64,000 bases of DNA from Candidatus Nomurabacteria bacterium (GCA_023267195.1 JAHFNT010000002.1:87830-151829); one strand, 5' to 3'; numbered from the stretch's first letter, positions 50,531 to 60,232 are shown. Translations and numbers: made by a program. The notes: generated from the letters alone by a model not told the origin.

Positions 50531-51149
50531 AAGCGTCAGCAGTGTCGGTCATAATTTCTGCTTCTCCAATCGTATTCATTATAGACATCACTTGCTCGGC
50601 ATATTTGGGAACTATCGACGGAGGATTGTAAGCGCGGAGAATTTGGATAGTAGTTTTATCGTCATAATGCTTTGCTGTCTTTGGATTATTTCCTCCCAAG
50701 TTTCTAGCAACGGTTTCTATCGCTTCATCATCTGATTTAAAACCAATTTTACACGAACCCCAACCGAAAGCATTGTGTTTTACTTTAATACAATCATTTT
50801 TACCACCAGTAGATTCCCGCACGGCAATAGCAGGAAGCAGACGCCAGTCTAGGTCATTCTTTTCGGCTTCTTCCACCATTTTCATACCAGTACCAGCAAG
50901 CGGCATGTCACGCTCCTTAAAATAATTATCAATAGAAATTGCTTTTTCTGTTCTAGCTTTTTGCAACAAAACCTCTGGGTCAATAGCTTGGTTAAGAACT
51001 AAAGTTCCATTAGTTGTAATATTAAGTTTTTGAATTAACACGTTTCCGGCAATCTGTGAACTATGAACGTTCCCAAAAGAGAGCGACATAGACATAACGG
51101 GCAAAAAAACCAAGGATTGCATAAAACGTATTAAATTTTTATTTTTCAT
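50529..51149 (-). CDS. Secreted lysozyme-like/glucosaminidase-like protein
   Basis: N-terminal hydrophobic segment, LDWRLLPAIAVRESTGG, NAFGWG, YNPP; start moved to 51149. Confidence 0.65.
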   Translation of the reverse strand: MKNKNLIRFMQSLVFLPVMSMSLSFGNVHSSQIAGNVLIQKLNITTNGTLVLNQAIDPEVLLQKARTEKAISIDNYFKERDMPLAGTGMKMVEEAEKNDLDWRLLPAIAVRESTGGKNDCIKVKHNAFGWGSCKIGFKSDDEAIETVARNLGGNNPKTAKHYDDKTTIQILRAYNPPSIVPKYAEQVMSIMNTIGEAEIMTDTADA

Positions 51150-51266
51150 ATTGGGGCGGTTTTGCTCCACCAACTCCAGATCTGTCATTTCAGCCAACTT
51201 TGTGACTAAAAATTAAAAAATCCTTATTTCATAGACCTTACGCCTATAATACAAGGACATGCCAAC

Positions 51267-51295
51267 ATGATAGCATATTCATAAACAAAAGTCAA
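51267..51295 (-). promoter_or_regulatory. Sigma70 promoter followed by a ~110-nt structured leader
   Basis: Minus strand TTGACT-17-TATCAT with TGc extension. Confidence 0.7.
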
Positions 51296-51388
51296 TAGTT
51301 ATACAATAATATTACCATCTGTCAAATCTAAAATATTCTTATATTACAAGGTATTTTAGAAATTTAGGTTTGACAAATAAGTCTAAAA

Positions 51389-52663
51389 CTAGGCTAATTT
51401 GAACATCTTGTCTGCTACTTTGTAGGCCTCCCCCGCTCCCATAGTTACAAAGACGTCATTTGAGCTCAAGTTTAGAGCTTTTACGAAGGTTTCCGTTGAT
51501 TCGAAGTCGGGAAAAGCCTGCGCTTTATCCCCTGCCTCCTCTATAGCTACTGCCAATTTCTCACTAGAAATGCTCGGATCCTTGTCTTCTCGCGCAAAGT
51601 AAATCGGCAACAGGAGTGTTTGGTCTGCCCCATGGAAAGCCTTGGCAAAGTCATCGAACAATGCTTTCGTCCGGCTATAGAGATGCGGTTGGAATAGAAC
51701 AGTAATATTTTTGGCACCCTTAGGATACAATTCGCGCAAACCCTGTAAGCTGGCCCGAATTTCCGTCGGATGATGCGCGTAATCGTCGTAAATAATTGCC
51801 CCTTCTTTGGTCACGCCTTTTTTCTCCAACCGACGCCAGGTGCCCGAAAATCCCTGCAAGGATTTTCGGGCTGTTTCTTCTCTTATCCCGAGTGCATCTG
51901 CCACCGCGAGCGCTGCCGCAGCATTTTTAATATTGTGAATTCCGGGCACAGAAAGTTTTGGTACTTTGTCTAAAAATTTATCATAGTTAGTAATTATATT
52001 CTCGCTTTGCGACAGAAAAGCATCGAAGGCATTCTGTACATCATCTAAATTTTTATAGTAGTCTAAATGGTCAGCCTCAATATTCGTAACCACCCCCACA
52101 TAAGGATGAAAGTTTAAAAAATGTCTGTTGTATTCATCCGCTTCCACGACTAAATACTCGCTATTCCCCTTTCTAAAGTTACTATTAAATTTCTGCACAA
52201 AAGAACCGACTATTACTGTAGGATCTAATCCGGCCTCAATTAAAATTTCGGCTACCATTGCGGTCGTCGTCGTCTTACCATGTGTTCCTGCTATCGCAAT
52301 GACTTTATATTCTTTAGCAAACTGCCCAAGCGCTTCAAAACAAGAGAGCACTGGTTTACCACGAGTTTTTGCATCTCTAATAATTTCTGGCCCACGATAG
52401 AGCCAGGCATCACTGTACACATATAGGTCTGCGTCCGGTAATTCTTTTAATTCATTTTGATAATAAATGATCGCCCCTGCCTCCCGAAGTGGTTCTAAAG
52501 TCTTCGAACTCTCTTCGTCATTTATTCCAAGCACTTCCATACCCCTCGAAAGCGCCATCTTCGCCAAAGCCGAAATACCGATCCCGCCAATGCCGATAAA
52601 AAATACTTTTCTTGCGCTGAGTATTTCCAAAGTGTTAATTTTAGATAATTCTATATCTTTCAT
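51389..52663 (-). CDS. murC: UDP-N-acetylmuramate--L-alanine ligase
   Basis: GIGGIGISALA, AGTHGKTTT, EADEY, DDYAHHPTEI, QPHLYSRT. Confidence 0.96.
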   Translation of the reverse strand: MKDIELSKINTLEILSARKVFFIGIGGIGISALAKMALSRGMEVLGINDEESSKTLEPLREAGAIIYYQNELKELPDADLYVYSDAWLYRGPEIIRDAKTRGKPVLSCFEALGQFAKEYKVIAIAGTHGKTTTTAMVAEILIEAGLDPTVIVGSFVQKFNSNFRKGNSEYLVVEADEYNRHFLNFHPYVGVVTNIEADHLDYYKNLDDVQNAFDAFLSQSENIITNYDKFLDKVPKLSVPGIHNIKNAAAALAVADALGIREETARKSLQGFSGTWRRLEKKGVTKEGAIIYDDYAHHPTEIRASLQGLRELYPKGAKNITVLFQPHLYSRTKALFDDFAKAFHGADQTLLLPIYFAREDKDPSISSEKLAVAIEEAGDKAQAFPDFESTETFVKALNLSSNDVFVTMGAGEAYKVADKMFKLA

Positions 52664-53985
52664 TTTAATTTATTCACGATCTCCATAAACTGATCTCCAC
52701 GATCGTATTCGTTCTTGAACATATTGAATGATGCAAAGGCTGGGCTGAAAAGGATAATATCGCCGCTTTTCGCTTGCTTGAATGCTTCCATGACTGCTTC
52801 TTTCAAAGAAGTTACCTTTTGCACCTGAAGTTTTTTGTTTGTAATTTTTTCACTACCAGAGCCTGGGGTTAAAAATACTTTTTTTGTTTTCTTTAGTAAA
52901 AGAATATTTAATTTTTTCAACTCGAGCCCTTTATCCATACCCCCCAGAATTAAAAAAACTTTTTTGTCAAAAGAATTGAGCGCAGCAATGGTTGCTTCCG
53001 GTGTTGTTGAATTTGTATCATTATAAATATCCACCCCTCGAATAGTCTTCACTAATTCCAGCCTGCCGGGGATAGCCTTGAAATTCTCTACCACTTTTTT
53101 GATAACTACTTCTTTAGTTTTTAAATTTCTGGCGACTTCAACAGCGCAAGCAATATTTTCTAAATTATGTTCACCTTTCAAATTTATTTTCCAGTCTTTT
53201 GGAATATTTTTTACATTTGCATTTATTACTTTGCCTTTTGGATTTTTTACTAAGTTTTTCATGCTCGGACCAAGTACCAGCACATCATCTTTTTTCTGAA
53301 ATTTATAAATGTAAGATTTATCTTGAAAATATTTTTGCAAAGCTTTACTTGTGGTGAGCTTAGTCGAACCATAATAATTCATATGGTCCGGCATGAAATT
53401 TGTAAATACAGCAATCTGCGGAGAAATCTTCGCCTCACCGAAACCTTGGAGCTGCCATGAGGAAAGTTCGAAAACCACCACGTCCCAATCCTTCACTTCC
53501 CTTAAAAGCGGCAACGCTGCAGTGCCTTTGACATTCCCGCCCAGATGCACTCGCATGCCAGAGGCTTTTAAAATTTCGTAAATCAATATTGTAGTGGTAC
53601 TTTTCCCGCGAGTACCTGTCACGCCAATAATTTTTACCTTCGGTGCCAGTTTCGCAAATAAAGATTCATCCATTTCTATCGGAATGCCTTTACTGTCCGC
53701 GTACTTGATATATGGCGAATCCAGCGCCACCCCCTGCCCTTTCAAAACAAAATCGCAACTATCAAAATCTTCGAATCGATGCTCCCCCAGCACATAGGTA
53801 ATATTCTTGTACGTTCGGAGCTTTTCAAGCGACGGTCTGAGCTCCGTCGAAGACTTTAAATCCGTCACCAAAACTTTGGCTCCACATTCCGCCAAAAATG
53901 CAATATCCCCAAGCCTTTTGCCCAAGAGCCCAAGTCCGACGACAGTAACTTTTTTACCTTTGAAAAATGTCTTGAAATCCTGCAT
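52660..53985 (-). CDS. murD: UDP-N-acetylmuramoyl-L-alanine--D-glutamate ligase
   Basis: TGTRGKSTTT, GGN, ELSSWQL, DHM, NDTNST, SPAFASF. Confidence 0.95.
   Translation of the reverse strand: MQDFKTFFKGKKVTVVGLGLLGKRLGDIAFLAECGAKVLVTDLKSSTELRPSLEKLRTYKNITYVLGEHRFEDFDSCDFVLKGQGVALDSPYIKYADSKGIPIEMDESLFAKLAPKVKIIGVTGTRGKSTTTILIYEILKASGMRVHLGGNVKGTAALPLLREVKDWDVVVFELSSWQLQGFGEAKISPQIAVFTNFMPDHMNYYGSTKLTTSKALQKYFQDKSYIYKFQKKDDVLVLGPSMKNLVKNPKGKVINANVKNIPKDWKINLKGEHNLENIACAVEVARNLKTKEVVIKKVVENFKAIPGRLELVKTIRGVDIYNDTNSTTPEATIAALNSFDKKVFLILGGMDKGLELKKLNILLLKKTKKVFLTPGSGSEKITNKKLQVQKVTSLKEAVMEAFKQAKSGDIILFSPAFASFNMFKNEYDRGDQFMEIVNKLK
53347..53371. repeat. Family C element in frame in murD (GSTKLTTS)
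   Basis: Minus strand tggttcgactaagctcaccacaagt, between DHMNYY and KALQKYF. Confidence 0.65.
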
Positions 53986-54012
53986 ATTGTTCATACTATC
54001 ATAAAAAGAGTT

Positions 54013-55299
54013 TCAGGAAAGCGCAGCCTTGAGCTTCTCCATATCGCTCCAAGGATACTTTACGCCTTTAATTTCTTGATAAGTTTCGGGACCTTTGCCC
54101 ATGAGTAAAACTATATCTCCCGCGCGAGCTATCTTCCCCACTTCTTCTATCGCCCTGTTTCGATCGGGAAATTTTTTTATTTTTTGTAATAATTCCGGAG
54201 AAAGTTCTGAACACATTGCTTCGATAATTTTTTCTGGTTCTTCACTACGTGGATTGTCTGCAGTAAAAATTGCCAGATCAGAAAGTGAAGCTCCGAGTTT
54301 TCCCATCACTGGCCTCTTGAAGGGATCTTTATCTCCCCCGCAACCAAATACAGAGATAACTCTGCCCCCTTCTTTCACAATATCTTTCGCTGTGTTGATT
54401 ATTTTTTCTACTGCATCTGGACTGTGTGCAAAATCCAACACGCCGAGCACGCCGTTCGCACCATAAAAATATTCAAATCTGCCAGCGGGTGGAGAAACTT
54501 TCGCTAAAGCGTTTGTTGTTTTTTCTTTATTAAAACCTAAGAGTAAACAAGCAGAGTAAACTGCAAGCACATTGTAAGCATTGAATTTTCCAATCAGTGG
54601 AGCAGATATTCCATGGTCATTTATTTTTAATTTTAATCCAGAAAAATCCATATTTACAATTTCTCCATGAAAATCCTCCCCGCCTGCATCAGCTATGCCT
54701 GAAGCATTGCGGGCAGGCTGACCTTTAAATCCATAGGTTTCTTTTTTTGCGTTTATGCCATCAAGCATTCTCGCTCCATATGGATCATCCGCATTTGATA
54801 AAGCAAAAGCGTCTTTGGGTAAAAATTTAAAAAAGGCTTTTTTCGCCAAGAAATACTGCTCCATGGTTTTGTGGTAATCCAAATGATCGTGCGTCAGATT
54901 GGTAAAAATTCCGCCAGTAAATTTTATGCCCCTTACCCTATTTTGATCCATTGCATGTGAACTCACTTCCATAAAAACATATTCGCAATCTTTTTTTACC
55001 ATTTCGTTAAAAATTTTGATTAAAGTCGTTGAGTCGGGGGTAGTGCCAGGCTTGCTGGAATTACTTTTTATTTCTATCTTCTCTCTGTTCGCTCTGTTCT
55101 CAACAGTTCCAATTAGCCCAGCCTTATATCCAAGTTCCAGAGCAATTTTATACAAAAGTGTAGCTGTCGTCGTCTTGCCATTTGTTCCTGTGACTCCAAT
55201 AATTTTTAATTTTCGAGCCGGATTGCCATAATAAATCTGCGCTAAAAATAACTTGAAACTCCACCAAATTGTTTTAAGTTTTTTACTAAAGTTTTTCAT
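54013..55299 (-). CDS. murE: UDP-MurNAc-tripeptide synthetase MurE
   Basis: GTNGKTT, TTP, MEVSSH, DHLDYH, DNPR, GKGPE. Confidence 0.95.
   Translation of the reverse strand: MKNFSKKLKTIWWSFKLFLAQIYYGNPARKLKIIGVTGTNGKTTTATLLYKIALELGYKAGLIGTVENRANREKIEIKSNSSKPGTTPDSTTLIKIFNEMVKKDCEYVFMEVSSHAMDQNRVRGIKFTGGIFTNLTHDHLDYHKTMEQYFLAKKAFFKFLPKDAFALSNADDPYGARMLDGINAKKETYGFKGQPARNASGIADAGGEDFHGEIVNMDFSGLKLKINDHGISAPLIGKFNAYNVLAVYSACLLLGFNKEKTTNALAKVSPPAGRFEYFYGANGVLGVLDFAHSPDAVEKIINTAKDIVKEGGRVISVFGCGGDKDPFKRPVMGKLGASLSDLAIFTADNPRSEEPEKIIEAMCSELSPELLQKIKKFPDRNRAIEEVGKIARAGDIVLLMGKGPETYQEIKGVKYPWSDMEKLKAALS
54680..54717. repeat. Family D element in frame in murE (PARNASGIADAG)
   Basis: ccgcctgcatcagctatgcctgaagcattgcgggcagg, an imperfect hairpin in an AT-rich context. 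Confidence 0.7.
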
Positions 55300-55538
55300 T
55301 TTAATTTAGGCTGGGTTAAGATCTCTTGGTCTATCTTCTTGAATCTCTCAATTTCTTTTCCATCTAGGACAATATTTTCCAAAAACATTTGTTTCGGTCT
55401 AGCCCAAATCACGCCGTCTTCTAGGTGCATATAAATAACCAAATGCTCTTTATTTTCGCTATGAATCGCTTCAAAAAGCACCTTTACTCTGGTTCCTTTG
55501 TAGTGTCTATAAACTGCCCCAATTTCTAAGCTTTTCAT
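55296..55538 (-). CDS. DUF1653 family protein
   Basis: YRHYKG, HSE...LVIY, WARPKQMF. Confidence 0.85.
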   Translation of the reverse strand: MKSLEIGAVYRHYKGTRVKVLFEAIHSENKEHLVIYMHLEDGVIWARPKQMFLENIVLDGKEIERFKKIDQEILTQPKLK

Positions 55539-55541
55539 TTC

Positions 55542-56177
55542 TTATTTCTTTTTGACCCCTCCCCATTTTCGATACTTTTCTTTTCGGCCAATGAACCATG
55601 GATCGTTTATATCAAGCCACCATGAATCAGGGTGGGTTTTGGCTAAAATTTTTCCGAGTTCTTTGCCATGCTTGGTCCGAAGATCTTTTATGGCAATATT
55701 TATCCAATCTTTCGCTTTTATATTTCCCTTCACTTCTTCCGCCCGCAGGGTTGAAATCCATTCGAGCCTATCAGCATCTTTCACTATCCTAGCTTCAGGA
55801 GTAAGCCGAGCCTGTTCTTCTTGAAATAGATCAGTGATTTCTTTACCAAAAGGAACACTCTTGGAAATATCTTCCACCGCTTGCCCTTCCGCCAGCCTAC
55901 CATAACGTTGATGCACATAATTGTGATCAGAAGTGCGGCCTTCCCCAATGTCATGCAGGAGCGCCATGAGCACCACTTTGTTTTTATCAACTTTTGGTTC
56001 AAGGTGACACAAAGCATAAGCAATCATTGCAGTATGAAATAGATGCTCTGCGACAGACTGCTCGCCACTGCCTAAAAACCAAAACCCAGACCGTGGTGTC
56101 ATACTATGAATACCCGTTTCATACACAAAATTCGCAATTTGATCGTATGTGTTATTCTTCTTATTTTTCTTTACCAT
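55542..56177 (-). CDS. HD-domain phosphohydrolase (YfbR/HDDC2-like)
   Basis: SVAEH, LLHDIGE...D, VKDADRLE. Confidence 0.85.
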   Translation of the reverse strand: MVKKNKKNNTYDQIANFVYETGIHSMTPRSGFWFLGSGEQSVAEHLFHTAMIAYALCHLEPKVDKNKVVLMALLHDIGEGRTSDHNYVHQRYGRLAEGQAVEDISKSVPFGKEITDLFQEEQARLTPEARIVKDADRLEWISTLRAEEVKGNIKAKDWINIAIKDLRTKHGKELGKILAKTHPDSWWLDINDPWFIGRKEKYRKWGGVKKK

Positions 56178-56222
56178 ATTTTTAAATAAATTTCTTTTAA
56201 TTAGAATTATCTAGATTTTATT

Positions 56223-56744
56223 TTATGATTTTTTGGGCCAAATAGCAACGAAGTAAGCGCTAGGCTCTAAAACATTATTAAACCAGATAAATAACAATTC
56301 TTCTTTAGAAATTTTATGTCTTTGGCCATCTTTTGGATCATTGTAAAAGAAAATACCATTTTTATATCCGGTAATAACAATAAAGTGACCATTTGGAGAT
56401 GGCTTTTTATTAAAAAGCAGAAAAGATCTGACTAATAAAATTACCGGCACCCCTTTTGATAAATATTCTTCTATACGTTTTACATTTGGCCTTTCTATCT
56501 CTGCTTTTCCGCCTGCCGCTTTCTCATTAAAAGAAAAGCATTTGCTTTGGTAGCCTGCGTATTTTGCATAATCAGCTAGTGCAATAGTTCTGACTCCATA
56601 TTTTCTGAGACCGCCAATAAACTTTATAATTTCTTTTTCATTGATCTCTTTTCCGAAATACTTAAAAATCATACGAAGTGCCGTAGGTCCGCAAGTGTCC
56701 TTCTTTTGCTTCAGCAATGGAACATTGAGAATTTTATTTTTCAT
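56223..56744 (-). CDS. Peptidase C39-like protein
   Basis: VPLLKQ...TCGPTALRM, GHFIVITGY, NDP. Confidence 0.8.
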   Translation of the reverse strand: MKNKILNVPLLKQKKDTCGPTALRMIFKYFGKEINEKEIIKFIGGLRKYGVRTIALADYAKYAGYQSKCFSFNEKAAGGKAEIERPNVKRIEEYLSKGVPVILLVRSFLLFNKKPSPNGHFIVITGYKNGIFFYNDPKDGQRHKISKEELLFIWFNNVLEPSAYFVAIWPKKS

Positions 56745-56762
56745 CTAATTCTCTTGCGATTT

Positions 56763-59324
56763 TTAATTCACCAAAGACTTCCTGTGTTGTGGTGCATTGA
56801 TCAAACCACATTTTTTGTATTTATAGATTTCACCTGTGGCTGGATTAATGGCTCCACAAGGGCACGGATCATTGCGCCCGATATTCTCCGACCCTATGTC
56901 AGAATCCGACTTTGGTCGGACTTTTTTTCCTCCAAGCTCTGATGGTTCAGTGTGACTTGTCACTAAAGTTTGCTTGGGCACATCATTTGGTTCCTCTTTT
57001 ACACTTTGAACAATGTCGGTATTTATCGTACCAACAAGTGAAAAAACTTGTTCTTTAAAAGTTTCTTCCATTTCTTTAAACATACTCAGTCCGTCTTTTT
57101 TATATTCTACTATGGGTTCACGCTGTCCATAAGCACGCAGATTTACCGATGAACGTAAATAGTCCATCGCTTCAAGATGCTCCATCCACAATGTGTCGGT
57201 AGTGTATAAAGCAATCCTGCGAACAGTCTCAAAAAACATTTCGTCCCCTAATTTTTTTCTTTTTTCTTCAATTGTTTTGTCAAAACCTTCTTTATTTTCC
57301 GCTATGCCGACAAGTAAAGCCTCAATTTCAGCTTTATCTGCGCGCAACATTTTCTGTCGTCTTTCATAAATTATTTTACGTTGATGATTCATTACATCAT
57401 CATATTCAAGCGTATTTTTTCTAGCGTCAAAATGAAATCCTTCTATTTTCGCCTGCGCGCCCTCGAGCGTTCGACTGATAAAACGATTCTCAATCGGCTG
57501 GTCTTCTGGTATGCCAAATCGCCCCATCATAGTTTTAATTTTTTCAGATCCAAAGACCCGCATTAAATCATCTTCTAGTGAGACATAGAACTGCGAAGCT
57601 CCCGGGTCGCCTTGCCTGCCCGAACGACCACGAAGCTGATTGTCAATCCTGCGCGCTTCGTGCCTCTCGGTACCTAGCACGAAAAGTCCGCCTGCATTTC
57701 TTACGAATTGATATTCTTCTTCTGTGTGTGGATTTCCTCCCAATTTAATATCAATACCACGACCAGCCATATTTGTGGCGATGGTTACTGCACCCTTCTT
57801 TCCAGCTTGGGCAATTATTTCTCCCTCTTTCTCGTGATTTTTTGCATTCAAGATAGTGTGCTGCACCCCCTCTTGCTTTAGATAAGCGGAGAGTAGTTCG
57901 TTTTTCTCAATTGAGATTGTGCCGATCAAAACTGGTTGACCTTTTAGATTTAAATCTTTCACTTTTTTGGCGATGGCCTGGAATTTTCCTTTTTCCGTTT
58001 GAAAAATTAAATCAGAGTGGTCTATACGAACAACAGGACGGTTGGTTGGAATAACTATTACATCCAAACCATAAACTTTCAAAAATTCCTCCGCGGAAGT
58101 TGCCGCCGTACCCGTCATACCAGAAAGCTTTTTATAAAATCTAAAATAATTCTGGAAAGTAATAGACCCGGAAGATCGGGTTTCTTTTTCAATTTTTACT
58201 CCTTCTTTTGCCTCAATTGCCTGATGAATACCTTCCGACCAGCGCCTGCCAGGCTGCAGACGGCCAGTAAAGGGATCAACAATAACGACCTCACCTTCTT
58301 TAACTACATAATCTCGATCCCGTTCAAAAATAGCCTGCGCTTTAACAGCAGTTTCTAGATGGTGCACATATTTGATCCCTTTTTCTGTATATATATTTTC
58401 TACTCCGAGAAGTTTTTCAGCTTTACTAATACCGGCATCAGTCAGAGTTATAGCTTTTAATTTTTCATCCACTTCATAATCTGTATCCCGCTTCAACTGC
58501 TTGGCAATTTGATAAAATTTTACATAAAAATCTTCGGAGTCGCCGGACTGCGAAGAAATAATAAGGGGGGTACGTGCCTCGTCTATTAAAATAGAGTCCA
58601 CTTCATCAACAACAGCGAAATTATGCCCTCTTTGCACCAAATCATTTATATTCGTAGCTAAATTATCTCTTAAATAATCAAAACCGTATTCGTGATTCGT
58701 ACCATAAGTAATATCTGCCCCGTAGGCTTCTTTTCGAGAACATGGTTTTAGAAAATCATATACCACCTTAAATTCTCCAACTTGATCGCGCTCTTTATCT
58801 TCTTCCACGTGCTTCGGATCATAGAGGTAAGAAACATTTTGTGAATTAATAACACTCACGCTTAATCCCAAAAAATTATAAACCTGCCCCATGAGTACCG
58901 CGCCGATACGTGAAAGGTAATCGTTCACCGTAATAATATGCACTCCCTCTCCTGTGAGCGCATTTAAATATGCGGGTAAAACTGCTACTAAAGTTTTTCC
59001 TTCCCCGGTGCGCATCTCGGCAATTTTGCCGGAATGGAGAGCCAAACCTCCAATCAATTGAACATCATAATGTCTCTCTTTTAAATTTCTCTTGGCCGCT
59101 TCACGCACGAGCGCAAAAGCCTCCGGCAATATTTCATCCAAAGTTTTAGATTTATTCTCCGACTGCGCTAATCGGTCCTTAAATTCCTGTGTTTTTTTAG
59201 GAAAATCAGTATCTGCCAACTTTGAGCTATTTTCCTCAAAAGCATTGATTTTAGCGACTATTTTATTGGCATTTCCTATGAATTTGGAACTCTCATCTCC
59301 AAATATTTTACTGAATAAAGACAT
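56763..59324 (-). CDS. secA: Preprotein translocase ATPase SecA
   Basis: MRTGEGKT, DEVDSILIDEARTPLIIS, TNMAGRG, RRIDNQLRGR. Confidence 0.99.
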   Translation of the reverse strand: MSLFSKIFGDESSKFIGNANKIVAKINAFEENSSKLADTDFPKKTQEFKDRLAQSENKSKTLDEILPEAFALVREAAKRNLKERHYDVQLIGGLALHSGKIAEMRTGEGKTLVAVLPAYLNALTGEGVHIITVNDYLSRIGAVLMGQVYNFLGLSVSVINSQNVSYLYDPKHVEEDKERDQVGEFKVVYDFLKPCSRKEAYGADITYGTNHEYGFDYLRDNLATNINDLVQRGHNFAVVDEVDSILIDEARTPLIISSQSGDSEDFYVKFYQIAKQLKRDTDYEVDEKLKAITLTDAGISKAEKLLGVENIYTEKGIKYVHHLETAVKAQAIFERDRDYVVKEGEVVIVDPFTGRLQPGRRWSEGIHQAIEAKEGVKIEKETRSSGSITFQNYFRFYKKLSGMTGTAATSAEEFLKVYGLDVIVIPTNRPVVRIDHSDLIFQTEKGKFQAIAKKVKDLNLKGQPVLIGTISIEKNELLSAYLKQEGVQHTILNAKNHEKEGEIIAQAGKKGAVTIATNMAGRGIDIKLGGNPHTEEEYQFVRNAGGLFVLGTERHEARRIDNQLRGRSGRQGDPGASQFYVSLEDDLMRVFGSEKIKTMMGRFGIPEDQPIENRFISRTLEGAQAKIEGFHFDARKNTLEYDDVMNHQRKIIYERRQKMLRADKAEIEALLVGIAENKEGFDKTIEEKRKKLGDEMFFETVRRIALYTTDTLWMEHLEAMDYLRSSVNLRAYGQREPIVEYKKDGLSMFKEMEETFKEQVFSLVGTINTDIVQSVKEEPNDVPKQTLVTSHTEPSELGGKKVRPKSDSDIGSENIGRNDPCPCGAINPATGEIYKYKKCGLINAPQHRKSLVN
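56887..56921. repeat. Family B element in frame in the SecA C-terminal linker (VRPKSDSDIGS)
   Basis: tccgaccctatgtcagaatccgactttggtcggac; shares ccgactttggtcgg with 59382-59420. Confidence 0.75.
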
Positions 59325-59345
59325 GAATATATCTTAGCATAAAAA

Positions 59346-59377
59346 AGAAAAAATTCCTCCGTAGAGGAATTTTTTCT
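59346..59377 (-). terminator. Terminator downstream of the small basic peptide
   Basis: agaaaaaattcctc-cgta-gaggaattttttct. Confidence 0.7.
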
Positions 59378-59381
59378 AGAA

Positions 59382-59420
59382 GATCCCGACCCATGTCGGG
59401 ATCCCGACTTTGGTCGGGAC
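59382..59420. repeat. Family B element, intergenic copy
   Basis: gatcccgacccatgtcgggatcccgactttggtcgggac. Confidence 0.8.
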
Positions 59421-59491
59421 TAAGCTCGCTTCTTTGAGCTTTTCTTTGCTTTCTTCTTGCCTCCCTTCTTTGCTTTCTTTTTTGCTGCCAT
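59420..59491 (-). CDS. 23-aa Lys/Ala-rich basic peptide (not in ORF track)
   Basis: MAAKKKAKKGGKKKAKKSSKKRA*; A-rich upstream context, terminator downstream. Confidence 0.65.
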   Translation of the reverse strand: MAAKKKAKKGGKKKAKKSSKKRA

Positions 59492-59674
59492 ATTCTTTGT
59501 CGCTTACGCGAAATTAATTTCTAAATTTTAGTTTGCAATAAAACGACCAAATATTTATTGCTTCGAACTACTTTAATTATCTCGCATATCAAAACAGAAT
59601 ACAATACTTTTTTTACAAAACTGTGGATAACTTTTAAAAAATAAAAATTTTAATTTTTGGTATAATTGATTTAT

Positions 59675-60220
59675 ATGAATTATCAAATCAATGGAAAAGA
59701 AAATCTAAAAGTTAGGTGCGAGGTTGCTGGTGATGAAATTGCTGGTACAGCAGAATTTACCGAATACCAAGTCAATACCCAAAAGGTTGTGAAATTAGTT
59801 TTAAATCTAAAAGGAAATCCGGAAAAAATAAAACCGGGACTACACGCTGTGCACATTCACGAGAAAGGAACCTGCGAAGGAGGCTTTAAATGCGCTGGTG
59901 GACATTTCGATCCCGGCCCAGCTGGCAATAGTGACCCAGATGTGAACCATCCCCATCACGCGGGAGACCTACCGAACATATTAATAGACGAAAACGGTGT
60001 AGGAATGCTCGAAGCACTGACTACCAGGGTGACTTTATCCCCAGGGCCTACCTCCATCCTTGAAGCTACAGAAGGAACAGCTATTATGATTCACGCGAAT
60101 GAAGATCCATACAAAGGAGGAGAACATGGCTCCGGAGTTAGCGGTGGACCTCGCATCGCTTGTGGAATAATTAAGGCCGCCGCCGAGCCGGGGCAGGTAG
60201 GAGGAGAACACCATCACTAG
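59675..60220 (+). CDS. sodC: Cu/Zn superoxide dismutase family protein
   Basis: HAVHIHE, GGHFDP, HPHHAGDL, MIHA, GPRIACG. Confidence 0.9.
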   Translation: MNYQINGKENLKVRCEVAGDEIAGTAEFTEYQVNTQKVVKLVLNLKGNPEKIKPGLHAVHIHEKGTCEGGFKCAGGHFDPGPAGNSDPDVNHPHHAGDLPNILIDENGVGMLEALTTRVTLSPGPTSILEATEGTAIMIHANEDPYKGGEHGSGVSGGPRIACGIIKAAAEPGQVGGEHHH

Positions 60221-60232
60221 TTTACAATCAAA

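Noticed and set aside
59622-59630. Perfect DnaA box TGTGGATAA
   Set aside because: Single box noticed, with no cluster and no dnaA/dnaN nearby; insufficient for oriC
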